This document shows positions 36,244-48,500 of a stretch of DNA of 64,000 nucleotides, piece after piece. The number at the start of each line of letters is the position of its first letter. Position 1 is the stretch's first letter. The DNA comes from Trueperaceae bacterium (lineage in GTDB: Bacteria; Deinococcota; Deinococci; Deinococcales; Trueperaceae). Location: positions 15,713-79,712 of the forward strand of contig JASBUK010000016.1 of assembly GCA_030147925.1 (NCBI GenBank), in the 5' to 3' direction. The notes below the pieces were generated by a model, which made no database searches, was not told where the DNA came from, and saw only the letters and a list, made by a program, of their open reading frames with translations. A program made the position numbers and the translations under genes.

Positions 36244-37017
36244 CTAGAGCTTGCTTAGCTCTGTGGCGCAAAATTGGGCGGCTTGATAACCGTCACCGTG
36301 ATCTTCTAGACGCCAACAGGCGGATGTGACTGCATGGACGATTCCCCAGGCGCTAAGCTCTTGGTGGCTTAAGCCCAGTATTTCGCTGAATATGTCTATG
36401 CGCTTTGCTAGCACTCGCTTTAGGTTGGGTCTTTTGCTGATTTCGGGTGTGGGGTTCATCAAAAAAGGGCCGACATCATAACCGCGTGGCCCGACGATGC
36501 CCTTGGGGTCAATAGCTAAGTATGCTCGATGGTTAGCACTAAGGATATTGTCATGGTGCAGGTCGGCGTGGAGCAAAACAGCCTCGGAATTTTCCTTTAA
36601 AAGCTCGTCTAAGAGTCCGTTGGCTTGTCTTACCATTGCGTGGTTTAAAGGGCCGTTGTTGCCATACTGCTGCGGATAATTGCGCAGAGCCCTAAGCCAA
36701 GTGCTTAGCTGGCGAAAAGCTTGGGATTTGGCCGCAGGTCGCCAGAGCTCGAGCAAAAGTTGCGCGGCGATATAAGTAGCGGTTTCGTCGTCATATCCGC
36801 GCCTGATTGACAGACCCGGCTCGAGCCTTTCTAAGAGCAGAGCTCCCACAGTTTCGTCGGCCTGTATTAGCTTGGCAATGCCTTGGCCGTCATAGAATTT
36901 CAGCGCGGCAATTTCGCGCGTGAGTTCTTCGCTGGCGGGACCGAGTTTTAGGACATAGGGTTCGCCGTTTAAGCCCTCGGCATAGGCTACTGCGTTATAA
37001 GACAAGTTCGGCGCCAA
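36244..37017 (-). CDS. aminoglycoside/streptomycin-type phosphotransferase (APH family); the N-terminus may be frameshifted
   Basis: 'LLHADLHHDNIL' catalytic loop and 'AIDPKG'. See the finding on the upstream ATG at 37106, which is in another frame. Confidence 0.7.
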   Translation of the reverse strand: MAPNLSYNAVAYAEGLNGEPYVLKLGPASEELTREIAALKFYDGQGIAKLIQADETVGALLLERLEPGLSIRRGYDDETATYIAAQLLLELWRPAAKSQAFRQLSTWLRALRNYPQQYGNNGPLNHAMVRQANGLLDELLKENSEAVLLHADLHHDNILSANHRAYLAIDPKGIVGPRGYDVGPFLMNPTPEISKRPNLKRVLAKRIDIFSEILGLSHQELSAWGIVHAVTSACWRLEDHGDGYQAAQFCATELSKL

Positions 37018-37102
37018 GCCCGTGATGCGGAAAAGCGCTCCAGCCAGGCTGCGGCATCTTCATGGACATCTAAAAGAGTGCGGATTAAGTTTTGGGGTAG
37101 CT

Positions 37103-38056
37103 TCATAAGAGCAGCCAGTTAACTAGCTCGCTGTTTAGACTAAAAGGCTCAGAGCTTAAACTTTTGAGTGAATAGTGCTCGAGCCCTTCGGTGGCCGTCA
37201 TTTCGGTAAGTTCGCTGTTTAAGCCAAGCGAGTAGGCCAGCAAGCCAACGACCCTTTCGGGTTTTACGCCTTGTTCTTTTAGCGCGGTGAGCGTCAGCGA
37301 ACCTTTGCGTTTTGCCAAGCGCTCGCCGCTTTTGCTCAGCAACAAGGGGACGTGTACAAAGCTGGGCGGTTTTGCCCCCAGCGCTTCATAAAGCAAGATT
37401 TGCGCCGCCGTAGACTGCAACAGATCATCACCGCGCACAACTTCATTGATACCCATGGCAATATCATCGGCAACTACGGCCAATTGGTAGGCCCACTGCT
37501 TATCCGCCCTGAGCAGCACAAAGTCTCCAAGCTCAAAGCGCTGTTTTCCTTGCAGTTGGTCGTAAAAGTCAACAGTGGCTTTATCCACGCGAAAACGCAG
37601 GCTGGGAGCTTTGTTTTCTGCCAGTTTTTGCGCCTTTAGCCGCTCATTTAAACTGCGTTGACGTTTGCCGTAAGGCAGCATTGACCTGTGCGGCGCCGAG
37701 GAAACCTCGCGCAAGTCTTTGCGGGAAAGATAGCAGTCAAATATCTGTCCAGCCTCCCTGAGTTTTTCCAGTGTTTGTTCGTAAGCTTGTTGACGCTCAC
37801 TTTGCAGATAAGGCGCGTGTGCTCCGCCTATATCCGGCCCTTCGTCCCAGTCAAGACCAAGCCAGTCAAGCTCGGCTATGTTTGCCGTGATAAATTCCGG
37901 ACGGCTGCGCTGCGAATCCAGGTCTTCAATGCGCATAACAAAGCCACTACCCTGGGCTCGAGCCTGCCACCAGGCGACTAGAGCGGTGCGGGCATTGCCT
38001 AAATGAAGAAAGCCGGTAGGACTAGGAGCGTAGCGACCCCGGACGGCGGACGACAT
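37103..38056 (-). CDS. gluQ: tRNA glutamyl-Q(34) synthetase (truncated GluRS paralogue)
   Basis: 'RYAPSPTGFLHLGNARTAL' HIGH region. At 317 aa it has no anticodon-binding domain. Confidence 0.85.
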   Translation of the reverse strand: MSSAVRGRYAPSPTGFLHLGNARTALVAWWQARAQGSGFVMRIEDLDSQRSRPEFITANIAELDWLGLDWDEGPDIGGAHAPYLQSERQQAYEQTLEKLREAGQIFDCYLSRKDLREVSSAPHRSMLPYGKRQRSLNERLKAQKLAENKAPSLRFRVDKATVDFYDQLQGKQRFELGDFVLLRADKQWAYQLAVVADDIAMGINEVVRGDDLLQSTAAQILLYEALGAKPPSFVHVPLLLSKSGERLAKRKGSLTLTALKEQGVKPERVVGLLAYSLGLNSELTEMTATEGLEHYSLKSLSSEPFSLNSELVNWLLL

Positions 38057-38068
38057 AGCAGTAGCCTA

Positions 38069-38692
38069 TCAGCAATGCTCTTTTTTGAGATGATCCCGGG
38101 AACGTTCTGGGTTTATGTCGCTCGGCTGATTGATGTTGGTAAATAGAGAGCCGCCAAAGCGCCGGATGACTTCTTGGCGGTCAATTATCTTTGCTGCTGC
38201 TTTGCGGGCGATTCGCCCCATGGAAAGCTCACTGCTGCTTAACTGCGCTTTTACTAAAGGCAGTACGCTCTTGTGATAAAAAGCGGCTAAGGGCTCGAGC
38301 TTATCTTCATCATCACCAACCATAACCACAGCTGCGTTACCACGTTTCTTAAAGAGATAATCCCAATAATCACGACTGAGGCAAGGCAAATCACAGGCAC
38401 TTAGCGCCAGCCAATCATAGCGGGCATGTACCAAAGCCGTGTGCAAGCCACTTAAGCTGTCACCCCCGGGGATGATATCGGCATAAATCGGCACCTTAAA
38501 CTCGGGGTAGGGCTTATTGGCCACAATAAAACGCTCTCCAGCGCCCGCTAAACTCTCCAGCACCCAAGCCAGCAGGGGTTTGCCCTTATAGCGATAGTAT
38601 GCCTTGTCACCACCAAAGCGCTTGGCCTGGCCACCGGCTAAGATGGCCGCGCTAAATTTTTCTTTATCTGATGACTTGCTCTTTACAGACAT
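38069..38692 (-). CDS. mobA: molybdenum cofactor guanylyltransferase
   Basis: 'AILAGGQAKRFGGDKA' N-terminal motif, 207 aa. Confidence 0.75.
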   Translation of the reverse strand: MSVKSKSSDKEKFSAAILAGGQAKRFGGDKAYYRYKGKPLLAWVLESLAGAGERFIVANKPYPEFKVPIYADIIPGGDSLSGLHTALVHARYDWLALSACDLPCLSRDYWDYLFKKRGNAAVVMVGDDEDKLEPLAAFYHKSVLPLVKAQLSSSELSMGRIARKAAAKIIDRQEVIRRFGGSLFTNINQPSDINPERSRDHLKKEHC

Positions 38693-38751
38693 TTCAAGAT
38701 TATATGAGTTTTTTGGTCACACAAATAAAGTTGCTAAAGAGCATCCCTAAA

Positions 38752-38926
38752 GGGTGTGAGTAGTTTGTAGTAGGTGGTGGGTAGGAATTAGCCCTTCTAG
38801 AAAGTCTCCCTGCTTTTTTGATTAGGGGTTAACTGATAGATTCCCGGTGCCTGATTTTGCCACCACTGGAAAATTCCTAGTTTCTACCTCCTACTAACCA
38901 CTTTTTACTATCCTCTTACTTTCTCC
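38752..38926 (-). repeat. intergenic repeat family, long copy C
   Basis: Its reverse complement carries 'AGTAAAAAGTGGttagtaggaggtagaaac' (12-mer at 38898-38909) and 'ttcctacCCACCACCTACTACAAACTAC'. Only 2 mismatches in 28 nt against copy B's right arm. Confidence 0.8.
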
Positions 38927-39370
38927 TTACGATGTTGTGGCAATCAATTCCCGCACTTTGTTAAGGGCTTCGTCAATTCCCCGCTGCGCTAGAGCCGAGA
39001 CTGTCTCGCCAAGCTCAAAATTCTCAGCGGGCAGCACCAGCCAATAGGCTTTAGGGTGACGGCCATAAAGGGTCTGTGCCAGAAAAAGCAGTCGGCCCGG
39101 ATTGGCACTGTGCGTCGTGGTTGCGCCGCTGTCCTCTGGAGCCAGGGCATGAACTTGCACTTGCTTAAGAGGCTGAGCGCCGGCATCGACAAAGATGGCT
39201 AAGTCAACTTCCGAGAGTGCTGGGGCTAAATCCGGCGTTAGCTGGTGAAGCGAGCGTGTCTCCACTTGAGACAAGCCCCAGGCGGCTACGCTATCCGCCA
39301 CTTTGCGACCCGCGCCGTCGTCGCTGCGCAGGTCGTTGCCATAGCCAATCAGCAGGATGGGTTTTGTCAT
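38927..39370 (-). CDS. hoxW: hydrogenase maturation endopeptidase
   Basis: 'LLIGYGNDLRSDDGAG' motif. Start moved to ATG 39370 (MTKPILL). Confidence 0.8.
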   Translation of the reverse strand: MTKPILLIGYGNDLRSDDGAGRKVADSVAAWGLSQVETRSLHQLTPDLAPALSEVDLAIFVDAGAQPLKQVQVHALAPEDSGATTTHSANPGRLLFLAQTLYGRHPKAYWLVLPAENFELGETVSALAQRGIDEALNKVRELIATTS

Positions 39371-39401
39371 ACCAATGGTCCCGTACTTTAGTCTAATCTG
39401 T

Positions 39402-40850
39402 CTAGTCTCGCCAGGTCTCGTTGAGAATGTCACCGCTACTGCTGAGCACTTGCACATGCAAAGGCATCTGGCCCACGGCATGGGTCGAGCAACTCAAGCA
39501 AGGGTCAAAGGCGCGAATGCCTGCCTCGACGCGGTTGAGCATCCCTTCGCTAATTTCCGGGCTTTGGATGTATTCTTGGGCGATCTGCGTTACCGTGCGG
39601 TTCATGGCCAGGTTGTTTTGTCCGGTGGCTATGATCAGATTGACCTTTTCAATAAGACCGTTTTCATCGACGTTGTAGTGATGGAACAAAGTACCCCTGG
39701 GTGCTTCGCTGACGCCGACGCCCTCAAGCTGGTTGATACCTGCTTCGGCCCTGACGCGGGTATGCAGAATATCAGGGTCGTTTAAGAGGTTTTCAACGCG
39801 CTCGGTGGAGGCCAGAATTTCGATAAGTCGGGCATAGTGATAGAAAAACGATGACCTGGCAATGCCACCGGCGCGGTCCCGGAACTCGCGCAATTCTTCG
39901 TCGGCTAAAGGCGTACCCATGCGCTCACAAATATTGAGTCGCGCCAGCGGCCCGACCCGGTATATACCCGCTTCCTCCGCTTTGCCTTCGCTGCTGCTTT
40001 CATCGACATAGGGCCGGTAATAAGGTGATTTGAGATATGAAGAAGACTGAACCGCCTCACCAATATAGCTCTGATAATCATCAGGCTTAAGCTGGTCGGC
40101 CACGATTTTGCCGTCGCTGTCTCCAAAGCGCAATTTGCCGTCGTAGTGTTCCCACATACCGTCAGGAGTGACTAAGCCCATAAAAAGACTGGCAAAGTTG
40201 CCAAAGGAAGCCACTTCGGTAGGGAAGTCATCCAAGAGCTTCTTAAAGAGCTCGAGCGCAGTTGTAATCGTGGCTCGAGCCTCAGGTACTTTGGCCAGTA
40301 TTTCCTTGAGAGAATCCTCAGACAGAGGCTCGCGCACGCCCCCGGGCACAGTCCAGGAGGGGTGTATCTTTTTACCGCCCAAGTGCTCGATAATCTCCTG
40401 ACCAAACTGTCTTAGGCGAATGCCTTTGCGGGTTAGTTCTGAATCGGTGGCCATTAAGCCAAAGACATTGCGTCCAACTGGGTCGCTGTCCATGCCCAGC
40501 AGCAAATCTGGAGCGCTTAAGTGGAAAAAGCTCAGCGTATGGGATTGGATGATTTGCCCTAAGTTCATCAGGCGGCGCAGTTTGGCGGCGGTCGGGGGAA
40601 TTTTGACCGACAAAATAGCGTCCCCGGCTTTAGCCGAGGTCAGCAGGTGACTCACCGGACAGATGCCGCAGGTACGAGCGGTGATACCGGGCATTTCCCA
40701 GAGGGGCCGACCTTCGCAGAATTTTTCGAAGCCCCTGAATTCGGTGACGTGAAAGCGCGCGTGATCCACCTTGCCGTCGTCTTTAAGAAAGATGGAAATT
40801 TTGGCGTGACCCTCGATGCGGGTAACGGGGTCGATGACAATTTGTTTCAT
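39402..40850 (-). CDS. hoxH: NAD-reducing [NiFe] hydrogenase large subunit
   Basis: 'RIEGH', 'CGICPVSH', and the C-terminal 'DPCLSCSTH'. Confidence 0.9.
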   Translation of the reverse strand: MKQIVIDPVTRIEGHAKISIFLKDDGKVDHARFHVTEFRGFEKFCEGRPLWEMPGITARTCGICPVSHLLTSAKAGDAILSVKIPPTAAKLRRLMNLGQIIQSHTLSFFHLSAPDLLLGMDSDPVGRNVFGLMATDSELTRKGIRLRQFGQEIIEHLGGKKIHPSWTVPGGVREPLSEDSLKEILAKVPEARATITTALELFKKLLDDFPTEVASFGNFASLFMGLVTPDGMWEHYDGKLRFGDSDGKIVADQLKPDDYQSYIGEAVQSSSYLKSPYYRPYVDESSSEGKAEEAGIYRVGPLARLNICERMGTPLADEELREFRDRAGGIARSSFFYHYARLIEILASTERVENLLNDPDILHTRVRAEAGINQLEGVGVSEAPRGTLFHHYNVDENGLIEKVNLIIATGQNNLAMNRTVTQIAQEYIQSPEISEGMLNRVEAGIRAFDPCLSCSTHAVGQMPLHVQVLSSSGDILNETWRD

Positions 40851-40865
40851 GATTTTCTCCTTGTC

Positions 40866-41411
40866 TTAGCCAAACTTGATGTTTTGCCCGCTCAACTCGG
40901 GGGCTTCTCCGGCCAACAGCGGGGCGATAGCTGCTTTAATGCGCCCTGCCGGGGGAGGGCAGCCGGGCAAGTAGAGATCAACCAGCACCACCTGATGCAC
41001 GGCCTTTACCTGATCTAACAGTGGCGGCAAGATGCCCGCTTCATCGGGGATTTCGGCGTTTAGGGAGTTGACGGTCTCGACATAAATGCGCTTTAGGATG
41101 GGCTCTGGTTCACCCAAAGGATTGCGCAGAGCGGTGACATTGCCGGTTACAGCGCAATCGCCAAAGGAAATGACCAGTTTGCTGCGCTCGCGCACCTGCT
41201 CTATCAATTCGAGATTGTCCTCATTGGCCACCGCGCCCTCGACCAGTGCCACATCAACATCCTGGGGATATTCCTTGACGTCGGCGATAGGGCTATAGAC
41301 CAAATCGGCGAACTCCGCTAATTCAAAGAGCCACTCGTCTAAATCCAGAAATGACATGTGGCAACCCGAGCAGCCCCCCAGCCATACGGTTGCAAGTCTG
41401 ATTTTGCTCAT
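40866..41411 (-). CDS. hoxY: NAD-reducing [NiFe] hydrogenase small subunit
   Basis: 'GGCSGCHMS' and 'GCPP' cluster ligands, 181 aa. Confidence 0.85.
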   Translation of the reverse strand: MSKIRLATVWLGGCSGCHMSFLDLDEWLFELAEFADLVYSPIADVKEYPQDVDVALVEGAVANEDNLELIEQVRERSKLVISFGDCAVTGNVTALRNPLGEPEPILKRIYVETVNSLNAEIPDEAGILPPLLDQVKAVHQVVLVDLYLPGCPPPAGRIKAAIAPLLAGEAPELSGQNIKFG

Positions 41412-41421
41412 TGCCTACCTC

Positions 41422-42132
41422 CTAGCGCAACCATTCTTTGTTCTGGCGGGCGTTGGCTAAAAAGCGAATCTTGGCCGGGTCATGCTGCATCTCGGAAACG
41501 CTCGAGCCCTTAAAGAAGATGGCGCCGGTCGGGCAGGCATAGGCGCATTTTTGACAGGAGGTGCAGGTTTCTACACTACCCCAGGCTTCGTCCATGCCCA
41601 AAATGACGCGTGAGTCCTTGCCACGGCCAGCCACATCCCAGACGTGGGCGCCTTCAAGCTCATCGCAGGTGCGCACGCAGCGCACGCAGAGAATGCAGCG
41701 GTTGTGATCTATCCCGAGCAGGTCGTGGCTCAGGTCCACACCTCGCTCCGGATACTGATAGTTGTAACGGACGTGATCCATGCCCGCGTCTATGGCCATG
41801 TCCTGTAATTCGCAGGCGCCGTTGGTCACACAGACCGCGCAGACGTGATTGCCCTCGGCAAAGAGCAATTCTAAAATCATGCGCCGGTAGCTTCTCAGGC
41901 GCTCGGTATCGGTGTGAATTTCCATGCCTTCGGCGACTTTGGTGGCGCAGGCCGGCAAGAGCTTGCTCGTGCCGGCAACCTCCACCATGCACAAACGGCA
42001 AGCGCCAAAGGCGGAAATGCCTTCTAAAAAACACATGGTGGGGATGTCTATCCCGGAATCTCTGGCCACCTCTAAAACGGTGGCATCTTCATTTACGCGC
42101 AACTCTTGCTCATTGATGGTGACAGTTAACAT
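41422..42132 (-). CDS. hoxU: bidirectional hydrogenase diaphorase Fe-S subunit
   Basis: 2Fe-2S 'CFLEGISAFGACRLC'; 4Fe-4S 'CILCVRCVRTC' and 'CTSCQKCAYACP'. Confidence 0.85.
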   Translation of the reverse strand: MLTVTINEQELRVNEDATVLEVARDSGIDIPTMCFLEGISAFGACRLCMVEVAGTSKLLPACATKVAEGMEIHTDTERLRSYRRMILELLFAEGNHVCAVCVTNGACELQDMAIDAGMDHVRYNYQYPERGVDLSHDLLGIDHNRCILCVRCVRTCDELEGAHVWDVAGRGKDSRVILGMDEAWGSVETCTSCQKCAYACPTGAIFFKGSSVSEMQHDPAKIRFLANARQNKEWLR

Positions 42133-42180
42133 CTTCCCGCTCCTTGCTCTTGGGCAAAAGCTTTTAGGCTCAGCATGACT

Positions 42181-43812
42181 CTACGCATGATTGACCACGC
42201 CCTCTTTAAGCAGGTTTAAGTATTCATGGCGGAAATACTGCAGCGTGCTCAGGACCGGGTTGGGCGCGGTTTGGCCCAAACCGCAGAGGCTGGTGTTTTT
42301 CACCAGATCGCAGAGTTCCTCTAATAGCGCTAAGTCAGCAGCGCTAGCACGCCCTTGGGTGATCTTGTCCAGCAACTGATACATCTGCACGGTTCCTGTC
42401 CGGCAGGGGACACACTTGCCACAGCTTTCGTCCATGCAGAATTCCATAAAGAACTTGGCGACTTCCGGCATGCTGTCCTGATCGTCCATAATCACTAAGC
42501 CACCCGAACCCATGATCGAGTTAAGGGCGCGCAGGCTTTCGTAATCTACCGGAGTGTCTAAGTGTTCCGCCGGGATGCAGCCCCCGCTGGGCCCGCCGGT
42601 TTGCGCGGCTTTAAAGCTGCGCCCGCCGGGAATGCCGCCGCCGATGTCATAGACGATTTCGTGCAGGGTGATGCCCATAGGCACTTCGATGAGACCGGTG
42701 TTCTTGAGCTTACCGGTTAGGGCAAAGACCTTGGTTCCCTTGCTGGAGGCCGTACCGATGCTTGCGAACCAGGCGGCTCCCCTTTCGATAATGGGAGCGA
42801 CATTGGCCAGCGTTTCCACGTTGTTGATCATGGTGGGTGCGCCCCAGAGACCACGTTTGGTGGGGTAGGGCGGGCGCAGCACCGGTTGGCCGCGTCGCCC
42901 TTCGATAGAGGCCATGAGCGCGGTTTCTTCGCCGCAGACAAAAGCCCCGGCGCCTATGCGCACTTCCAGATTAAAGCTAAAGTTGCTGCCCAGGATATTT
43001 TTACCCAGCAAATTATTGCGTTTGGCACTGCGGATGGCTTGCTCGAGCCGCTGAATAGCCAGCGGATATTCCGCCCGCACATAAAGATAACCGTGCTCCG
43101 CCCCGACGGCGAAACCGGCAATGACCATGCCTTCTATGACCCGGTGCGGGTCCGCCTCCATGATAGTGCGATCCATATAAGCGCCGGGGTCGCCCTCATC
43201 GCCGTTAGCGATTAAGTATTTGCGTTCGCTTTTAGCCTCGCGCAGAAGATTCCATTTGAGGCCGCTGGGATAACCGGCGCCGCCCCGACCACGCAGACCA
43301 CTGTCTAAAATCTCCTGACAGATGCTTTCCGGCGTCATCTCACTCAGGGCTTTGCGCAAGGCCTGATAGCCGCCCCGGGCGATATATTCTTCGATTCGCT
43401 CGGGATTTATTTCACCAGCATTGGCAAGAACAATCTTGGTTTGCCGGGTAAAGAAGGGGATATCGGCGCTTAGCATGTGCGGAACATCCACTTCTCCTTT
43501 GACCAGATGCTGCTTAACGATGCTCTTGGCTATTTCGGGGTTTACATCGTGATAGATGATTTCTTCTTCCCCTTTGGGATGCACCTTGACTACCGGACCC
43601 TGACTGCACAAACCCATGCAGCCGGTGGGCACGACCTGGATTTGTTCTTCGAGACCCATAGCCGTTATGCCCTCTTCAAAGGTCTGTCGCATGGCCCCCG
43701 AGCCGGATGATAGGCAGGCGGTGCTCGAGCAACACAGCACGCGGCAGCGGTGACTTGACTGGAGTTGCTGTTCCTTGGTGGCCATTTCGTTTAGGTCAAC
43801 CTGTCTTGGCAT
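42181..43812 (-). CDS. hoxF: bidirectional hydrogenase diaphorase NAD(P)H/FMN subunit (NuoF-like)
   Basis: '[13 protein letters not shown]' and '[10 protein letters not shown]'. Start at ATG 43812 with AAGGAG upstream. Confidence 0.9.
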   Translation of the reverse strand: MPRQVDLNEMATKEQQLQSSHRCRVLCCSSTACLSSGSGAMRQTFEEGITAMGLEEQIQVVPTGCMGLCSQGPVVKVHPKGEEEIIYHDVNPEIAKSIVKQHLVKGEVDVPHMLSADIPFFTRQTKIVLANAGEINPERIEEYIARGGYQALRKALSEMTPESICQEILDSGLRGRGGAGYPSGLKWNLLREAKSERKYLIANGDEGDPGAYMDRTIMEADPHRVIEGMVIAGFAVGAEHGYLYVRAEYPLAIQRLEQAIRSAKRNNLLGKNILGSNFSFNLEVRIGAGAFVCGEETALMASIEGRRGQPVLRPPYPTKRGLWGAPTMINNVETLANVAPIIERGAAWFASIGTASSKGTKVFALTGKLKNTGLIEVPMGITLHEIVYDIGGGIPGGRSFKAAQTGGPSGGCIPAEHLDTPVDYESLRALNSIMGSGGLVIMDDQDSMPEVAKFFMEFCMDESCGKCVPCRTGTVQMYQLLDKITQGRASAADLALLEELCDLVKNTSLCGLGQTAPNPVLSTLQYFRHEYLNLLKEGVVNHA

Positions 43813-43816
43813 CGCC

Positions 43817-44335
43817 TCACTCCTTTTCAGCCGCAAGAACTTTACGAATGCGTTCTAAAGTAGCTGCGGGGGTTTCTCGCCCGACCACATCCCCATCGAT
43901 AACCACTACCGGAGCCATGCCACAGCTACCCAGACAGCGGGCAGAGCCTAGACTAAACTGCTTATCCGCGGTGGTTTCACCCATCTCGATGTCATACTCA
44001 TCTTCTAAAATCTTTACGATATCGGGCGCGCCCTTGACATAACAGGCAGTCCCCATACAGATGGTGCAGCTGTGCTCTCCTAGAGGCTCAAAGCTAAAGA
44101 GATGATAAAAAGAAGCCACCCCATAAACACGGCTTAAGGGCAGCTTGAGCTGACGGGCGACATAGACCAGCACGTCCTTGCTCAAAAAACCAAAGATATC
44201 CTGGGCGCTGTGCAATACTTCGATTAGGGCGTCACCCCGATAGCGAACACGTTTTAGAACCTTATCGATTAACTCAAAACGAGCATCGCCGCTCGGATGT
44301 TGAGCACTTTCTCCTTTTGTTGATATAGCAGGCAT
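43817..44335 (-). CDS. hoxE: bidirectional hydrogenase diaphorase 2Fe-2S subunit (NuoE-like)
   Basis: '[10 protein letters not shown]' and 'CLGSCGMAP'. ATG 44335 is preferred over GTG 44365. Confidence 0.85.
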   Translation of the reverse strand: MPAISTKGESAQHPSGDARFELIDKVLKRVRYRGDALIEVLHSAQDIFGFLSKDVLVYVARQLKLPLSRVYGVASFYHLFSFEPLGEHSCTICMGTACYVKGAPDIVKILEDEYDIEMGETTADKQFSLGSARCLGSCGMAPVVVIDGDVVGRETPAATLERIRKVLAAEKE

Positions 44336-44500
44336 ACCTGCCCCTTTCACAGTGTCAGGTATCACGAATAAGTGTCGGCTTTAGAACTGCCGTTGGGCAA
44401 AGCTCCAAAATCCAACACGGGCTTCGAGACGAAAACTAACTTAAGCGGCTAAATTTTTGCTACCTCCCAATCTGCCCAAAAGGCCTTTTAGATACAAAAT

Positions 44501-44524
44501 AAGGCGGGATAAACGCCCCGCCTT
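44501..44524 (-). terminator. intrinsic terminator after the nifJ/DHOD-like pair
   Basis: AAGGCGGG/CCCGCCTT stem followed by a T-rich tract on the minus strand, 7 nt after the stop. Confidence 0.7.
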
Positions 44525-44530
44525 TACAAG

Positions 44531-45544
44531 CTACTTAAGTCGCCCGGTGGGATCGGGCCGCCACGATTGCAGCACCTTCATGTAATTGGCCCTTTCGAAA
44601 GCCTGGGGATTAGCCACGTTGAGCTGGCTCATGCTGCCCTGCATTTGCGCCACCGATTCGTATTCGTTTTCTTCCATCCAATTGCGTATGTCGGCCAAAA
44701 TTTCCTTGATGCGTCCCAAACCGTTTTTGAGCAGTTCAGAGGCCATCATAGTGATTTTGGCTCCGGCCATTAGGCTTTTTAAGACATCGATATGGTTATG
44801 GACTCCGCTGGTGATGGCAAAATCCGCGGGAACGCGACCGTGCAGAATTGCCACCCAGTGCAGCGGCAAGCGCAGTTCGTGGGAATTACTCAGTTGTAAT
44901 TGCGGCGTGACTTCGAGTTCCTCTAAGTCAAAGTCCGGCTGGTAAAAACGGTTGAAGAGCACCAAAGCGTTGGCGCCGGAATGAGCTAAGCGCAAGGCCA
45001 TGTTGCCGGTGGAGCTAAAGTATGGGCTCAGCTTTACCGCCAAGGGCAGATCGACAGTTTCGCGCACATTGCGCAGCACGTCAAAGTACATCTTCTCGAC
45101 TTCGGCGCTACTTAGGTTAGGGTCGGTGGGGATGTAATAAATGTTGAGCTCGAGCCCATCGGCACCGGCCTGCTCAATCAAATGAGCATAGCGAGTCCAG
45201 CCGCTAGGAGAAATGCCGTTGAGGCTGCCGATGATGGGTATGTCCACGGCTTCTTTCGCTTCGCTGATGAGTTTAAGATACTCTTCAGGCCCTATCTGAT
45301 AATCTTGTGGTTCGGGAAAGTAGCTGAGTGCTTCGGCAAAGCTGTGCGTGCCATAGCTCAAGTAGTGATCGAGTGCTCTGCTTTCTTGCTCGATCTGCTC
45401 CTCGAAAAGCGAGGTCAGCACCACCGCCGAGGCGCCGGCATCCTCTAATTTGCGAATCTTGTTGACATCTTGTGATAGCGGCGAGGCCGAAGGCACGATA
45501 GGATGCTTGAGCATCAGGCCCATGTAGTTTGTTGTTAAATCCAC
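44531..45544 (-). CDS. dihydroorotate dehydrogenase-like TIM-barrel flavoprotein
   Basis: 337-aa DHOD/DHPD-like protein. Its GTG start lies 1 nt after the nifJ stop. Confidence 0.7.
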   Translation of the reverse strand: MDLTTNYMGLMLKHPIVPSASPLSQDVNKIRKLEDAGASAVVLTSLFEEQIEQESRALDHYLSYGTHSFAEALSYFPEPQDYQIGPEEYLKLISEAKEAVDIPIIGSLNGISPSGWTRYAHLIEQAGADGLELNIYYIPTDPNLSSAEVEKMYFDVLRNVRETVDLPLAVKLSPYFSSTGNMALRLAHSGANALVLFNRFYQPDFDLEELEVTPQLQLSNSHELRLPLHWVAILHGRVPADFAITSGVHNHIDVLKSLMAGAKITMMASELLKNGLGRIKEILADIRNWMEENEYESVAQMQGSMSQLNVANPQAFERANYMKVLQSWRPDPTGRLK

Positions 45545-45545
45545 C

Positions 45546-48500
45546 TTAGCCCTCCGTTTTGGCTAACTGCTCATAGCGTTGCCAACGCTCTGTGATGGCT
45601 TGCTGAGCTTGCTCAAAGAGTTGTTCCGCCGCATCGGGATTAGCCTGCATCAGCATGCGATAGCGGTTCTCGTTGAGTGCGTAATCCTTAAAAGGAATTT
45701 TAGGTGCACGCGAGTCAAGTTGGAAGGGGTTTTTGTCCTGGTCTTTTAGACGCGGATCAAAGCGGTAGAGGGGCCAATAGGCCGAAGAAGTGGCGAGCTT
45801 TTGCTGCTCGAGCCCTTTGGCCATGTTGATGCCATGCGCTATGCAGTGACTGTAAGCGATAATCAGCGAGGGGCCGTCATAGGCTTCGGCCTCTAAAAAG
45901 GCTTTGACGGTTTGCGCATCATTAGCGCCCATGGCTATTTGAGCCACATAGACATAGCCATAACTGGTCGCCATCATGCCCAAGTCTTTTTTGGGCGTGC
46001 TCTTGCCCCCGGCGGCAAATTTGGCCACGGCTCCCAAAGATGTGGCTTTTGAGGCTTGACCGCCGGTATTGGAGTAAACCTCGGTGTCCAAAACCACAAT
46101 GTTGACATTGCGCCCGCTGGCCAGCACATGATCGAGACCGCCATAACCAATGTCATAGGCCCAGCCGTCACCGCCGACAATCCAGATGGATTTTTTCACC
46201 AGTACATCGGCCAAACTCAAGAGGTCGCGGGCCGCCGGATCGTTCTGGCCCTGCAAGGCGGCCTTGAGCGCTTTGACCTGCTGACGTTGCGCAGTGATGC
46301 CTTCTTCAGTGGACTGGTCGGCACTTAGCAGTTCTTCTGCTAGGTGAGCGTCGATTAACGGCTCTTCGCCGCCATTGTAGCCAGCAGCAAGATCGCCGGT
46401 ACCGGATAAACGCCGCAGCAGTTCGCGGGCATACTCGTTTTGTTTATCCAGGGTAAGACGCATGCCTAGGCCAAACTCGGCGTTGTCTTCAAAGAGCGAA
46501 TTGCTCCAGGCCGGGCCGCGCCCTTCTTTGTTAGTGGTCCAGGGGGTGGTGGGCAGGTTGCCACCGTAGATAGAGGAGCAACCGGTGGCGTTGGCAATGA
46601 TGCTGCGGTCGCCAAAGAGCTGACTCATCAGCTTGAGATAGGGGGTTTCGCCACAACCGGCACAGGCGCCCGAAAACTCAAACAGCGGCTGGGCTAGCTG
46701 CACGTTCTTGACATTACTAAATTTCAGATGCTCGTTTTGAGGATTTTCGGGCAAATCAAGGAAGAAATCCCAATGTTTTTTGCCCTGTTCGCGCAGTGGC
46801 AGTTGCGGCTCCATATTGATGGCCTTGCGCCCCACCTGGCTCTTGTTCTTAGCCGGGCAAACTTCGACACAGAGCGTACAACCTGTGCAATCCTCGACGG
46901 CGACCTGCAAGGTGTACTTCTTATCACCGAAGTCTTTGAATTTTGCTTCGGTGAACAAAAAGCCCTCTGGCGCGTCCGTTAAATCCTCGGTATCGACAAT
47001 TTTGGCCCGAATGACCGAGTGTGGGCAAACCAGCACGCACTTACCGCATTGAATACAAACATCGGGGTCCCACAGCGGTATCTCCTGGGCGATGTTGCGT
47101 TTTTCCCAGCGGGTTGTGCCGCTTGGATAAGTACCGTCGTCTGGTAGGGCGCTTACCGGCAGCAGGTCGCCATCGCCGGAAATCATCAGGGCGGTAACGT
47201 TTTGCACAAATTCCGGGGCTTCTTCAGGTACTACCGGGGGCATATCGATAGTGCTGCTTATTTCGCCGGGTATATCGATTTGATGTAAGTGCGCCAGCGC
47301 CGCATCGACGGCGGCAAAGTTCATGCGTACCACGGCCTCGCCGCGTTTGCCGTAAGTCTTGCGAATGGCCTCTTTGATTTTTTCGATGGCCTCGTCTTTG
47401 GGCAAGACGCCGCTGATGGCAAAGAAGCAGGTTTGCATGATGGTGTTGATACGGTTGCCCATGCCTGCTTCTTTGGCTACGTCATAGGCATTGATGCTGT
47501 AGAGCTTTAGCTCTTTGTCGATAATCTGCTCTTGTACCTTACGTGGGAGCTTATTCCAGACCTCAGCTGCCTCATGAGGGCTGTTGATCAGCAGGGTCGC
47601 GCCTTTGGCCGCGTCTTTTAAGATGTCATAACGTTCCAAAAAGCCGAACTGATGCACCGCCACAAAGTTAGCTTCGGTAATGAGATAACTGCTGTTTATC
47701 CTGCGAGGGCCAAAGCGCAGGTGGCTAATAGTTCTGGCACCGGACTTCTTCGAGTCATAGACAAAATAGCCCTGCGCCTGAAAATTTGTTTCCTCGCCGA
47801 TGATCTTAATCGAGTTTTTATTGGCCCCTACGGTGCCATCGGAGCCAAGGCCCCAGAACATTGCCCGCACCACATCATCGGCTTCGATGTCAAAATTGGG
47901 GTCGTAGGCAATGCTGCTATGCGTAAGGTCGTCGTTGATGCCTACCGTGAAGTGGTTTTTGGGGTTTTGCTTGGCCATTTCTCCGTATAGACCGACTATC
48001 ATGGCCGGGGTGAATTCTTTTGAAGAAAGGCCGTAACGCCCGCCGACGATGGTCGGCATGTCACTAAAGGAGGCGTTGCCGCTGGCTAAGCCTTCACTGA
48101 TGGCCGTCACTACATCCTGATAAAGCGGTTCACCGGTACTGCCGGGTTCTTTGCTGCGGTCAAGAGCGGCTATTACTTTGGTGCTGGCTGGTAGCGCGCT
48201 AAGGAAGTGCTCGAGCGAAAACGGGCGATAAAGACGAACTTTGAGAACGCCGACCTTTTCGCCGCGTTGCAGCAGGTAATTGACGGTTTCTTCGACGGCC
48301 TCGGCCCCCGAACCCATCAGCACGATGACGCGTTCGGCATCGGGAGCGCCCACGTAGTCAAAGAGTTTATATTGACGGCCCACCTGGGCCGCAAATTTGT
48401 CCATAGCGCTTTGCACAATGGCGGGAAGCTTAAGATAATACGGGTTTACCGTTTCACGTGCCTGGAAGTAAACATCGGGGTTTTGGGCGGTGCCGCGAAT

